NCBI GenBank assembly: GCA_963666835.2 | Contig: CAXXGO010000005.1 | Location: 32,001-96,000, forward strand | Direction of reading: 5' to 3' | Length of the DNA: 64,000 nt | From: Phycisphaerae bacterium | GTDB lineage: Bacteria; Planctomycetota; Phycisphaerae; UBA1845 | In this document: one piece after another, positions 29,906-39,135 of the stretch | Numbering within the stretch: position 1 is the first letter of the stretch | How the letters are laid out: each line of letters begins with the position of its first letter | Notes under the pieces: generated by a model | What the model was told of the DNA's origin: nothing | Databases searched by the model: none | The model's input: the letters and a program-made list of their open reading frames with translations, nothing else | Program-made: the position numbers and the translations under genes

Positions 29906-31111
29906 TTACCTGGTCCACTCGCCGTTCTCGTCGTAGTTCTGGCTGCACGGATACCCGCAGGCATTCCAGACTGCGTCGAAGATCGGCTTCATCTCCTTCG
30001 GCACGTCGACATCTAGGCTGTCGATTACGACATCGGGCAGGAGGACCGTGTCTCGATCGATGGGGTGTTGCTCCTCCGGCCAGACGAAACCGCGGACGGA
30101 CATGATGGCCCCTTTGCACCCCAAGAGGGCAAGCGATATCATCATGGGCGGAGCTAGATCGAGCTGCCGATACCCCTCCAGATAGGACGATATGCCCCTC
30201 ATCAGGTACGCCTCGTACTCGGCGCTGGGAATGTTGCGACGGCCACCTGCCTCGCCGCGGAGCAGCACGTTTGAGTAAACGGATTCGATTGAGCCGTCGG
30301 AGAACAACTGGCAGTAGCCGTGTTGCCCTGCGATACCGTCCCGTTCGCCAGAGCACGTCAGAAGACCGTCTACGTTGTATCGCCTATTCCCCCCATAACT
30401 TCCGATCGGCTTGAATGACGTCGAGAGGCCGTCGCGGTTCGACAGATCCAGCCGCTCGCGGTTCAGGAAGGAGCCCAAAGGGATCATGTGCAGGACCAGC
30501 CGGTGGGGAGAAGATAGCGGCACGGGGGTTTCGTCGGCTACGATCCTGCTGAGACGGTCCTGCTGGAAACGTCTGATCCGCTCGCCTTGAGAGTCGGTAG
30601 CTAAGAACGCGGAGCGTAGTTCCTGTACGTCGAGACGGTACTTGCCAGCGGAGTTACGCGAGTAGAATCGCGACGCCCCCTTGTAGATCATCATGTGCGG
30701 GGAGGCGAAACTCCTGTGAACACGGATCAGGATGATGAACCCCCTGGTGTCGTTATCCCATCCCATGATCTCCTTGATCTGGACAGGGAGACGTGGGGCA
30801 AGCCCATGCTCAAGCCTCTTCTCTAGGTCGAGCTTCACTTCGTCCGCTGTCTTACCGGTGATGGGAGCTGCGCGCTCCGGAGCCCCAGTCTTCTTGCCGT
30901 TCTCGTCGACCGCGGCCTTCACTCCGTAGAGGATGTCTCCGCCGGATGCGTTCCCGAAGGATGAGACGTCGGCCAGGAACTCCTTCCTCTCTCTGTCGGA
31001 ACCGCCCGGCAACTCCTGTTTGTACTCCAGCGTCTTGGACTCAAGGACGCCGTTCTCGATCAGGGCCTCGATGTCTTCCTTAGCGATACTGTCGAAGCTC
31101 TTCTGGATCAC
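29906..31111 (-). CDS. Schlafen/AlbA_2-domain protein
   Basis: ESKTLEYKQE...EFLADVSSFGNASGGDILYGV...PH...FYSR. Confidence 0.88.
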   Translation of the reverse strand: MIQKSFDSIAKEDIEALIENGVLESKTLEYKQELPGGSDRERKEFLADVSSFGNASGGDILYGVKAAVDENGKKTGAPERAAPITGKTADEVKLDLEKRLEHGLAPRLPVQIKEIMGWDNDTRGFIILIRVHRSFASPHMMIYKGASRFYSRNSAGKYRLDVQELRSAFLATDSQGERIRRFQQDRLSRIVADETPVPLSSPHRLVLHMIPLGSFLNRERLDLSNRDGLSTSFKPIGSYGGNRRYNVDGLLTCSGERDGIAGQHGYCQLFSDGSIESVYSNVLLRGEAGGRRNIPSAEYEAYLMRGISSYLEGYRQLDLAPPMMISLALLGCKGAIMSVRGFVWPEEQHPIDRDTVLLPDVVIDSLDVDVPKEMKPIFDAVWNACGYPCSQNYDENGEWTR

Positions 31112-31187
31112 GATAGTGCCCCTCTGTTGTGCATCCCGGCGGCCGCGTTTCTTCCCTCTTCAATCCCGGCGCGGGCTTCCGTCTCCC

Positions 31188-33464
31188 TTACGGCCCCGTG
31201 ATTGCTGTCTTGAAGAACCGGAAGTCGGCCAAGCCGATCGCTCCGCACCCATCCACGTTCCCCTGTTCGCACTCTGCGGCGACGGCGCCACCGTTGCCGC
31301 CGGTGAAGCACTGATAGAAGGCCGCCACGTCGAGCAGGTCTACGTCACCATCGCTGTCGAGATCGCCGAACGAACAGCCATCCGCGCAGATCGAGCCATC
31401 CCCCTGATACAGACCCCCGATAGCCAGGCAATCCTCGCCGTTCAGGTCATCCCAGCAGGCGCCGACCGGAAAGCAGCATGCGCCTTCCGCCAGACAACCG
31501 CACCGATTGACCGGGGTGCCGAATGACGTCTCCGCACAGTGATCCTCGCAATCCATCACGCCGTCGTTGTCGGAATCCGCATCCGCGACGCCGCACCCGC
31601 AGACTCCGGGGTCAGTCTTGTTAGAATCGTCCGGGCAGCCATCAACACAGTCCGGCACATCGTCTTCGTCAGTATCGGTGTCGGCAACTCCGCACCCGCA
31701 GATTCCCGGCTCCGTCTTGTCGGAATCTCCCGGGCAGTTGTCGCAGTCATCGATGGTGCCATCTTCGTCCGCGTCGCTCTCGCACTCGTCGGGAATCGAG
31801 TCAATATCGCAATCGCCACTCGTACCTTCCGCAATGTCACAAACGTCGCCTATCCCGTTGGGTTGGCAATCCTGCTGGTCACTGTTAGCCAGCGCACAGT
31901 TGTCCACGCAATCCAGAACGCCGTCGTCATCCAGGTCGACGTCAGGTGTTCCGCACCCGCAATCACCGGGCTGTGTCTTGTTCGGATCCAACGGACAGCA
32001 ATCGTCGCACCCGGTTATTCCGTCGCCATCCGGGTCCCCGGCGCAGGTCAGTCCGTCACCCAGGAACTCGCCAGACACCAACGCGCACTCCGCACCCGTA
32101 CGCTCATCAATGCAGACTCCGCTATCAAAGCAGCACGGTCCGAACGGTACTACGCATCCGTCGGGAGTGACGATCAACCCCGGGGGCGTGCCCAGGCATG
32201 AGTCGCAGTCATCAATCACGCCGTCCTCGTCTTCATCCGGCTCGCACTCATCGGGTATCGCATCCGAATTGCAGTCGTCGCTTATGCCGTCAGTAAGATC
32301 GCACTCGTCCGGATAGTCGTTGTGGTTGCAGTCAGCCTCGCAATCATCGGGTATTTGATTCTCGTTGCAGTCCGGCGCCGCCATGTCGAGGGGCGGCACC
32401 TGGCACTCATCCGGAATGCCGTCGGGCTGGCAATCCTGGCTGGTGTCTGCCGCGATATCCTGATCGTCAGGGATGTCGTTGTTGTTGCAGTCCCGCACCA
32501 TTAACTCGGCGGTAGCGACACGGAACCCGACGCCGTCGTACTCGTTCGCCGGGTCGATGTAGTTGCGGTTGGCCGCGCGAAGGGCGAAGCCACCGTTGGC
32601 GAACGATCCGCCGCGCAGACCACGATAAGAACCGGAGATCATCGCTTCGTTCCACTCCCACACGTTCCCGCCCTGGTCGAACGTGCCGTGCGGGCTGTCC
32701 GACGGTCTGGCGTCGTACGCACCAACTTCGGTGCGGTAGTACGGACTGCCAATGGCATAGCAGCTTCCGAGGTAGTTGGCCGAACCGCTCAGCGGGTCTG
32801 TACCTGGTGGAGCTTGGCTGGTTGGCACCGAATCCGATGCCGTTGGATAATCCCAGTAGTTCCCCGTCACACCGTCGTTTCTGTAATACGCAGCCTTGTA
32901 CCATTCATCCTCCGACGGGATCACCCACGTGGCGTCCGGCTCGCGGTCGACGCTGAGCAGCGCGGCATTACTAGTCGCACCGTTAAGGGAGTACGAACCA
33001 TCCTCCGTCGTGCTCAGATCCTGCGCACCCTCAGGTTGGCCGTTATGCAGCCAGTTGCAGAAGCGGGCTGCGTCACCCCATGAAACGTAGTTCACCGGGC
33101 GGTTTTCCCAACTTGCCTGCGATCCGCTCGGGCGGCCACTGAAGTCGTATACGTAGTTCCCTGGCGTTCCGTTACGCGTGATCTGGCAGCCGTCGGCACT
33201 GCTGTCCATGATCGGGTTGTACAGCCCGTAAGCGTCCTCCCTCGCCACTGAATTCAGGAATCCGCAGTACTGCCCGGCAGTGATCTCGAACTTGCTGATC
33301 GTGTACACGTAGTCGACGCCGCCGTACCCGTCACCTTCGTTGTCGTCGGCATTCCCTGGATTCCCAACCGGCACGGTCTCGATGACGACTTCAGCCCAAA
33401 CCGAAGACACGCAGACCGCACCCAGCAACAACGGCAACACGACACCGAAACGCAACATCGCCAT
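31188..33464 (-). CDS. FGE-sulfatase (SUMF1)-domain secreted protein with Cys/Asp-rich repeats and EF-hand/dockerin tail
   Basis: IPSEDEWYKAAYY, DQGGNVWEW, RGGSF, GFRVA; DCNxNxIPDxC repeats; GDLDSDGDVDLLD. Confidence 0.88.
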   Translation of the reverse strand: MAMLRFGVVLPLLLGAVCVSSVWAEVVIETVPVGNPGNADDNEGDGYGGVDYVYTISKFEITAGQYCGFLNSVAREDAYGLYNPIMDSSADGCQITRNGTPGNYVYDFSGRPSGSQASWENRPVNYVSWGDAARFCNWLHNGQPEGAQDLSTTEDGSYSLNGATSNAALLSVDREPDATWVIPSEDEWYKAAYYRNDGVTGNYWDYPTASDSVPTSQAPPGTDPLSGSANYLGSCYAIGSPYYRTEVGAYDARPSDSPHGTFDQGGNVWEWNEAMISGSYRGLRGGSFANGGFALRAANRNYIDPANEYDGVGFRVATAELMVRDCNNNDIPDDQDIAADTSQDCQPDGIPDECQVPPLDMAAPDCNENQIPDDCEADCNHNDYPDECDLTDGISDDCNSDAIPDECEPDEDEDGVIDDCDSCLGTPPGLIVTPDGCVVPFGPCCFDSGVCIDERTGAECALVSGEFLGDGLTCAGDPDGDGITGCDDCCPLDPNKTQPGDCGCGTPDVDLDDDGVLDCVDNCALANSDQQDCQPNGIGDVCDIAEGTSGDCDIDSIPDECESDADEDGTIDDCDNCPGDSDKTEPGICGCGVADTDTDEDDVPDCVDGCPDDSNKTDPGVCGCGVADADSDNDGVMDCEDHCAETSFGTPVNRCGCLAEGACCFPVGACWDDLNGEDCLAIGGLYQGDGSICADGCSFGDLDSDGDVDLLDVAAFYQCFTGGNGGAVAAECEQGNVDGCGAIGLADFRFFKTAITGP

Positions 33465-33590
33465 TTCTCCGGAGAATGAGGTCCGCGCGGCCGCCAGGGC
33501 GGAAGAACCTCGACGACGGCCACGCGATCGATAAAAAGTCATGATACCGGACGCGTCCCGTGAAAGCAACTGAGATCAAGTGCTACTGGA

Positions 33591-34688
33591 TTGGGCTGGC
33601 TGGGGGGCCCAGGAGGCCGGTGCGCCTCTGGTCGTCTCCGCGCTTTTTGCGTAACCCCCAGGGCGTCGTGGCGTTGCCCGGACCAAGCAACGACCACGTT
33701 GTCATCGTGCATGAAGAGCGGCTGCGCGTACAATCCCAGGTCCACGCATGTGCGGCGTGCTTGGAGGGCGGCGGAGGACTCGAAGGTCTGCAACTGCTCG
33801 TTGGTGACGGACGTGGAGAACGCTGGAACAAAGGCGGGCGTTGGGTTGCACATTGACACGCAAAGTTGGACGAAGCTGGCTGATGAATTCCGAACGCACA
33901 CGCCGCCGGACGCCCCAGGTGTGTTACCGTTGGGGCTGCGGGAGCGAGTATTCGGTCTGATGGCTAGGGCGGGGCTCGACTTCCACCACTTGCTCAAGTC
34001 TACTGACGTTCTACCGGAACGTAATGACGCCTGGGGCATCCTCGATCAGAAACCCATCGGAAAGTGGCTGGCGCCTTCTGAATTTGGGCGGACAGAGTGG
34101 TACGAGCGTTCTTTCTGGGAAGAGTATTGGGTCCTTGCGACGCAATGGTTGCATGAGGTGCCGGGAAGCGGCGTAGTCCTATCGCCAAGGAAACTGTGGG
34201 ATCTTGTGGCCATCCCCGACGGCTGGGGCGAGCCCGAGTATGCGGAGCGATATGCGGGGCATTGGTGTACTGGGTCCCGGCTGAATGAGCTTGAGGACAG
34301 CCAGTCTTTCAACGGGCTCTGCTACTCATGCATCTCAGCGATCGAGTGTCTGGATCGACTAATAGAGAAGTGGAACGAAAGCCTGCTGTGGCGGATGGAT
34401 TTCTCTGATTGCGACCAACGGAAACCGACGTACGACCGAGAGGCACGAACACTGAGATTGGCCAACTCGGTTGTCAAGCAGTTCAGGCAACCGGCCAAGA
34501 ACCAAGAATTGGTTCTCAAGACATTTGAAGAACTAGACTGGCCCGAGAGGATCGATGACCCTCTACCGCCGAAACAGGGGCTTCTCGGGCAGACCGTCAA
34601 GGACCTCAACCGCAACTTGAGGGAATCGTTGCTTCGGTTCAAACTCGACGGCAGAAGTGAGGGTATCACGTGGGAGCGGAGGACGTAG
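33591..34688 (+). CDS. Hypothetical protein with C-terminal winged-helix-like domain (start uncertain)
   Basis: PTYDREARTL...FRQPAKNQELVLKTFEELDWPERIDDPL...GITWE shared with the next ORF. Confidence 0.7.
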   Translation: MGWLGGPGGRCASGRLRAFCVTPRASWRCPDQATTTLSSCMKSGCAYNPRSTHVRRAWRAAEDSKVCNCSLVTDVENAGTKAGVGLHIDTQSWTKLADEFRTHTPPDAPGVLPLGLRERVFGLMARAGLDFHHLLKSTDVLPERNDAWGILDQKPIGKWLAPSEFGRTEWYERSFWEEYWVLATQWLHEVPGSGVVLSPRKLWDLVAIPDGWGEPEYAERYAGHWCTGSRLNELEDSQSFNGLCYSCISAIECLDRLIEKWNESLLWRMDFSDCDQRKPTYDREARTLRLANSVVKQFRQPAKNQELVLKTFEELDWPERIDDPLPPKQGLLGQTVKDLNRNLRESLLRFKLDGRSEGITWERRT

Positions 34689-34791
34689 CCGCCCGAGGAC
34701 CGCCATGCTAGTAATGCCAACGCCTGCGTAGACGGTCGCGAGTTCCTACATGGACGGCGCAGGTACGCAATCGGAAAGGCGCGTCGATTAG

Positions 34792-35562
34792 ATGAAAGGG
34801 TTGGTGGCGATGTTGGCGAGTTCCTATTATCTCCTATTCGGCAGTCATCTTGGCTCAGGGGTTGCACTCTTCAATTGCGTGGATGTCGTTGACGAGAAGG
34901 ACCTCGACCTTCTCTTTGAAATGCTCTACAAGGAGTGTGCCGATCGTAACCTGTTTCTCCGACATCTGTGTGAAGATCAACTTGATACAGCGGACAAACT
35001 CGTTTGGCGGCGGCGTTGGGCTGAGTGCGTTCATGTCATCCAGGGCGGTAGCAGCGTTGGATCCGATCTCATCCGTGGCGATTACTGCCGATCCGGTGAC
35101 GTCCGCGAATTGCATCAGCTTTCCAACAGCTGCATCGAACAGATCAAGGCAACGCATGCGCGGTTGACGCCCGAGTATGCCGCTCTGGCTGACGAACTTG
35201 CCGATCTGCGCGGCAAGGGCGCGTCGCAAGAGGAGCTTGCCCGTCACATGGAGTTGTGGGCAGCTGCCCATCCCGAGGAGCACAAGGGTGGAACGTCTGC
35301 CAAACCTGCCTTCGACCCTGTATCGCGGCAGTTGAGTTACAGGGGTGAGATCCTGAGGCTGTTCAAACGACCGGCTGAGAATCAGGAACGCATCGTAAAG
35401 GCATTCCACGAAGACCGGTGGCCCACCAGGATTGATGACCCTCTGCAGAAGGGCAAGCTGAATCAGACCATTCGCGACTTGAACCGATCCCTGAAACAAC
35501 CGAGCATAAGATTCCGTGCGGACGGCAGAGGGGAGGGGGTTATATGGGAACGTGCCGATTAG
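34792..35562 (+). CDS. Paralog with the same C-terminal winged-helix-like domain
   Basis: PAFDPVSRQL...FKRPAENQERIVKAFHEDRWPTRIDDPL...GVIWE. Confidence 0.75.
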   Translation: MKGLVAMLASSYYLLFGSHLGSGVALFNCVDVVDEKDLDLLFEMLYKECADRNLFLRHLCEDQLDTADKLVWRRRWAECVHVIQGGSSVGSDLIRGDYCRSGDVRELHQLSNSCIEQIKATHARLTPEYAALADELADLRGKGASQEELARHMELWAAAHPEEHKGGTSAKPAFDPVSRQLSYRGEILRLFKRPAENQERIVKAFHEDRWPTRIDDPLQKGKLNQTIRDLNRSLKQPSIRFRADGRGEGVIWERAD

Positions 35563-35634
35563 CTCCACCGAAGCTCCCGTAAACCCGCCACTTCTTCGTT
35601 CGTAGCTCCCGTGTAGTTCCCGTGGTGCTCACGC
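35559..35634 (+). repeat. 11-bp direct repeats (consensus GTAGCTCCCGT), probable operator
   Basis: Copies at 35559, 35570, 35602, 35613 and 35624. Confidence 0.6.
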
Positions 35635-35657
35635 GCGTCGTGTTGCACACTGGAGGT

Positions 35658-35900
35658 ATGGAACAAGCACGGACTTCTGTGGAACGGGAGCAGCTTGAGC
35701 AATCCGCCAGATACAGCGCCTCCCCCGCAGGAACATCGCATACGCAATCCTGGAGGTATCGCTCCACCGGAGGACCGCTCCTACCCGTTCGACTCGGCGT
35801 CCGAGCCCCGTCTTGGCGAGTGGGCGAGCTGCGCGCCTGGCTGGAAGCGGGATGCCCTGAACGGCGGACATGGTTGCGGATGAAGGGGGTAGCGCAATGA
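35658..35900 (+). CDS. AlpA-like HTH regulator (divergent N-terminus)
   Basis: GGAGG RBS; PVRLGVRAPSWRVGELRAWLEAGCP. Confidence 0.65.
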   Translation: MEQARTSVEREQLEQSARYSASPAGTSHTQSWRYRSTGGPLLPVRLGVRAPSWRVGELRAWLEAGCPERRTWLRMKGVAQ

Positions 35901-36754
35901 GCACACACCCCGACTGGAACCGCGTTTCTCGCGGTCAACTCTGCCCAATCTGCCAGAAACCCGACTGGTGTTCCGTGGCTGTTGACGGTTCGGCTGCGCT
36001 GTGTCAGCGGGTCGAGTCGGAGAAACGAGTCGGCGACGCCGGGTGGCTGCACCGCCTAAGCGACAATCAACACCGGCCAGCGCAAGCGAGGAGAGTCATG
36101 TTGGAGGACGAACATCGCTCGGACTTCGGGGGATTGGCGGACGACTACAAATCGAAAGTTGACCTTGTGAGGCTGGAGGAACTTGCATCCTCGCTCGGTC
36201 TTGAGGTCGGCAGCTTGAACCGGCTCGACGTCGGCTGGGACGGCGAGGCCTGGACCTTTCCGATGAGGAACGCCGGCGCCGACGTAGTCGGCATCAGACG
36301 ACGCCTTCCCGACGGGCGGAAGCTGTCTGTGAAAGGTGGGCATGAAGGACTCTTCATTCCCGTACACCTTCCCGAATCCGGGGACTTGATCATCGCGGAA
36401 GGGCCGACGGACGCCGCAGCACTCCTGGACATGGGGTTTGACAGCGTTGTAGGTCGCCCGAGCTGCTGCGGGGGCACGAGGTATCTCATCGACCTTGTCA
36501 AACTCCGCGGGTCTCAAGAGGTCGTTGTTGTTGCGGACCGGGACGGACCGGGCAGGCGCGGAGCCGATTCGCTGGCATCGGTGTTGATCGCGTACGTGAG
36601 GAGGGTTCGCGTCATTGAACCACCGGCAGGCGTCAATGATGTACGGGCTTGGCTGACGTCGGGCGGAACACGGCAGGATGTTGAACATGCGGTCAAAGCC
36701 GCGCCCGTCCGGGAGATTCACGTTGAGACAAGGATGGTATCGGTCTATGGATAA
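35897..36754 (+). CDS. Primase (Zn finger plus TOPRIM)
   Basis: CPICQKPDWC...C; IIAEGPTDAAAL; VVVADRD; DVRAW. Confidence 0.88.
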   Translation: MSTHPDWNRVSRGQLCPICQKPDWCSVAVDGSAALCQRVESEKRVGDAGWLHRLSDNQHRPAQARRVMLEDEHRSDFGGLADDYKSKVDLVRLEELASSLGLEVGSLNRLDVGWDGEAWTFPMRNAGADVVGIRRRLPDGRKLSVKGGHEGLFIPVHLPESGDLIIAEGPTDAAALLDMGFDSVVGRPSCCGGTRYLIDLVKLRGSQEVVVVADRDGPGRRGADSLASVLIAYVRRVRVIEPPAGVNDVRAWLTSGGTRQDVEHAVKAAPVREIHVETRMVSVYG

Positions 36755-38306
36755 GCGAACGGATTCGGTGGCGCTGGATTGGGAGAACACTGGCGATGTC
36801 AAAGCCAAGATCACAGCGCGCATAGGTGGTGACCCCGTACATGCTGACAAGTTTGACCCTGCCAGCGCATCGCGACGCGGGCAGTTTATTGGGGTTCTGT
36901 GCAAGAAGTTCCCTGGTATTGACCCTGAAGAGGTCGACAAGGAGCTAATGAAGATCGGCGACGAGATGGCTGTAGGACCCGCGCCCCCGGGCGACACCGG
37001 CGTTCAGGACCTTCTGAGCGATATGCCTGAGTCTGCTAGGAAGGAAGCTCTGGCAATGTTGCGGGATCCCCAGCTTATCCAGCGCATCGTGGATGATATC
37101 GCCACGCTCGGCGTCGCCGGGGAAGGCAAACTCGCCGCAATGGTCTACTTGATTGGGACATCGAGGTTGCTCAACAGACCCCTGGCTGGCATTGTCCAGG
37201 GGCTCACATCATCGGGGAAGAGCTACGTTGTGGACGTTGTTGCCCGCCTATTCCCGGAGGAAACGATCGTTCGCGCACACAGGATAACTCCGCAAGCGCT
37301 TGTGCACATGCCGGAGGGAGAGTTGGTGCATCGCTTCGTTGTGGGTGGTGAACGTAGCCGTCGACAGGACGATTCCACTGCCGAGGCAACGCAAGCTCTA
37401 CGAGAGATGCTCTCTGACGGGTGTCTCACGAAGCTGATGCCGGTCAAGAGCGGCAATACCATCGAAACGGTGAAGATCTATCAACCAGGTCCGATCTCCT
37501 ATGTCGAGTCGACTACGCTGCAGGAGATCCTGGACGAGGATCGCAATCGGTGCATCGTGCTGAATACAGATGAGCGGCCCGAGCAAACGCGTCGAATCAT
37601 CGAGGCAATGTCGGCCCGCAAGGCTACGATAGAAGATGTTGGGTGTGATGATGTAACCCACAAGCACCATGCCGCACAGCGGATGTTGCACCAGTGCCGC
37701 GTCGTCATCCCGTTCGCGGAACACTTGGGCGATCTGTTTCCCTGTACGCGAACCGACGCGCGCCGATCGTTTGGGCACCTTCTGTCCGTGATTGAGGCCA
37801 TTACGCTCCTGTATCAGTACCAGCGTGTTTCTGATCCCGGCGAGGGTGTCACCATAGAGGCCACACGTGCAGATTACGAGGTCGCTCGGTACCTGGTCGC
37901 CGAGGCATTCGCTCGAACACAGTCGGGCGGCGTGAGCGACGCGGTACGTCGGTTCCACGGTCGCCTACTTAGTTGGGCGAACGGACGCACGTTTACTACG
38001 GCGGACATAGGTTCCCACGAGGAGGTAATCAACGACCTCCAGACAATCCGAAGTTATGTCCGGGTGTTGGCCAATGCTGGCTTCCTTGAGCTCGTCGACC
38101 CCAACCGAGGGAGCAAACCCGCCACATACAAGCTCGCCGCGGATCCGCCTGGCAACGCTGAGTTGGCTGGGCTGCCCGAAGTAGATGCGGTTTTCGATAG
38201 AATGGATAATGCCCCACGTCACCGCGTCGACGCACAAACCACTACGACAGTAGGGTTTTCGACGCGGGAAGGTGTTTTCCTCGTCGATTCCGCGTCACCA
38301 ACGTAG
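36747..38306 (+). CDS. Primase-associated P-loop NTPase/helicase
   Basis: TSRLLNRPLAGIVQGLTSSGKS Walker A; DEDRNRC; C-terminal wHTH-like region. Confidence 0.8.
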   Translation: MDKRTDSVALDWENTGDVKAKITARIGGDPVHADKFDPASASRRGQFIGVLCKKFPGIDPEEVDKELMKIGDEMAVGPAPPGDTGVQDLLSDMPESARKEALAMLRDPQLIQRIVDDIATLGVAGEGKLAAMVYLIGTSRLLNRPLAGIVQGLTSSGKSYVVDVVARLFPEETIVRAHRITPQALVHMPEGELVHRFVVGGERSRRQDDSTAEATQALREMLSDGCLTKLMPVKSGNTIETVKIYQPGPISYVESTTLQEILDEDRNRCIVLNTDERPEQTRRIIEAMSARKATIEDVGCDDVTHKHHAAQRMLHQCRVVIPFAEHLGDLFPCTRTDARRSFGHLLSVIEAITLLYQYQRVSDPGEGVTIEATRADYEVARYLVAEAFARTQSGGVSDAVRRFHGRLLSWANGRTFTTADIGSHEEVINDLQTIRSYVRVLANAGFLELVDPNRGSKPATYKLAADPPGNAELAGLPEVDAVFDRMDNAPRHRVDAQTTTTVGFSTREGVFLVDSASPT

Positions 38307-38404
38307 AGGGCACGGACGCGGCGACGCGGCGACGACGCGGTAAGGTGGTTCCCGCGTCGTAAGTCGCACAAATCAAGGGCAAAGACGTTCGACGCGGCGA
38401 CGCG
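38223..38404. repeat. Cluster of nine GACGCG/CGCGTC repeats; putative replication origin
   Basis: Copies at 38223, 38261, 38291, 38315, 38323, 38334, 38353, 38391 and 38399, in both orientations around AT-richer spacers. Confidence 0.6.
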
Positions 38405-38410
38405 GGGAGA

Positions 38411-38677
38411 ATGTGGACCATGGAACTGGAGCTGGATCGAATCTTCGACGCTGACAGGCTCATGGGGGTCTTACGCTCTCGCCTCACATGGTCGGGGCAG
38501 CGCCATGCCTCTGCTCGCGCCATTATGCCTGACGACCTCCCCGGTGATTGGCGGGTCGAGTGGGAGGAGCGCGCGGCCATCCGAGAGTATGACGGCCTGC
38601 AGCATCGGGAGTACGCCGAGGCCGAAGCCCTGACCGAGATCCTGCAGCGGATGCGGGCTGCCGGGGAGGGCGTATGA
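38411..38677 (+). CDS. Small phage/MGE-type hypothetical protein (start uncertain)
   Basis: EWEERAAIREYDGL..EYAEAEA; ATGA overlap with the next gene. Confidence 0.6.
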   Translation: MWTMELELDRIFDADRLMGVLRSRLTWSGQRHASARAIMPDDLPGDWRVEWEERAAIREYDGLQHREYAEAEALTEILQRMRAAGEGV

Positions 38678-39135
38678 GGAAGCGCCGCCTTGTCTACGAG
38701 TCCGTGATCTCCGCCGAAGAAGCCGGGGCCGTCGCTGGATTATCGGAGACCGAGATTCGGCGGATGATGCGATCCGGCCAGATCAAGGGGCGAACCGAGC
38801 AGCCTATGCGGATTTCGGTTGAGTCTCTGGCGGATCATCTTCAAGTGTCGGCAGAGTCAATTCGTCAAACGCTTGCCGAGCTGCGGGGTCTACCGGTGAG
38901 TAGTGCCGAGACGTCGTCAACGCGGAGCTGTGTCCCAGCATCCGTTGAACGGAAGTCAAAGGCATTACCCGTTGCGACCGACCGGACGCGATCTTCCGGA
39001 AGTCGGCCACCGTCAACTCGGTCCAGGGCGACCCGGCAGCCTGGCGAACGCGAGAGTACCACGTCCGCAACGTGTAACCCGGAAACAGAGGCATTGTTGG
39101 CAAAGTTTGATCGAGTAGCCGCTGGAGGGGAGTGA
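38674..39135 (+). CDS. Excisionase-like HTH protein
   Basis: ISAEEAGAVAGLSETEIRRMMRSGQIKG...MRISVESL. Confidence 0.65.
   Translation: MRKRRLVYESVISAEEAGAVAGLSETEIRRMMRSGQIKGRTEQPMRISVESLADHLQVSAESIRQTLAELRGLPVSSAETSSTRSCVPASVERKSKALPVATDRTRSSGSRPPSTRSRATRQPGERESTTSATCNPETEALLAKFDRVAAGGE

Noticed and set aside
33560..33856. 98-aa ORF overlapping the start of the first wHTH gene (possible frameshift)
   Set aside because: No RBS, motif or slippery site to decide which frame is real.
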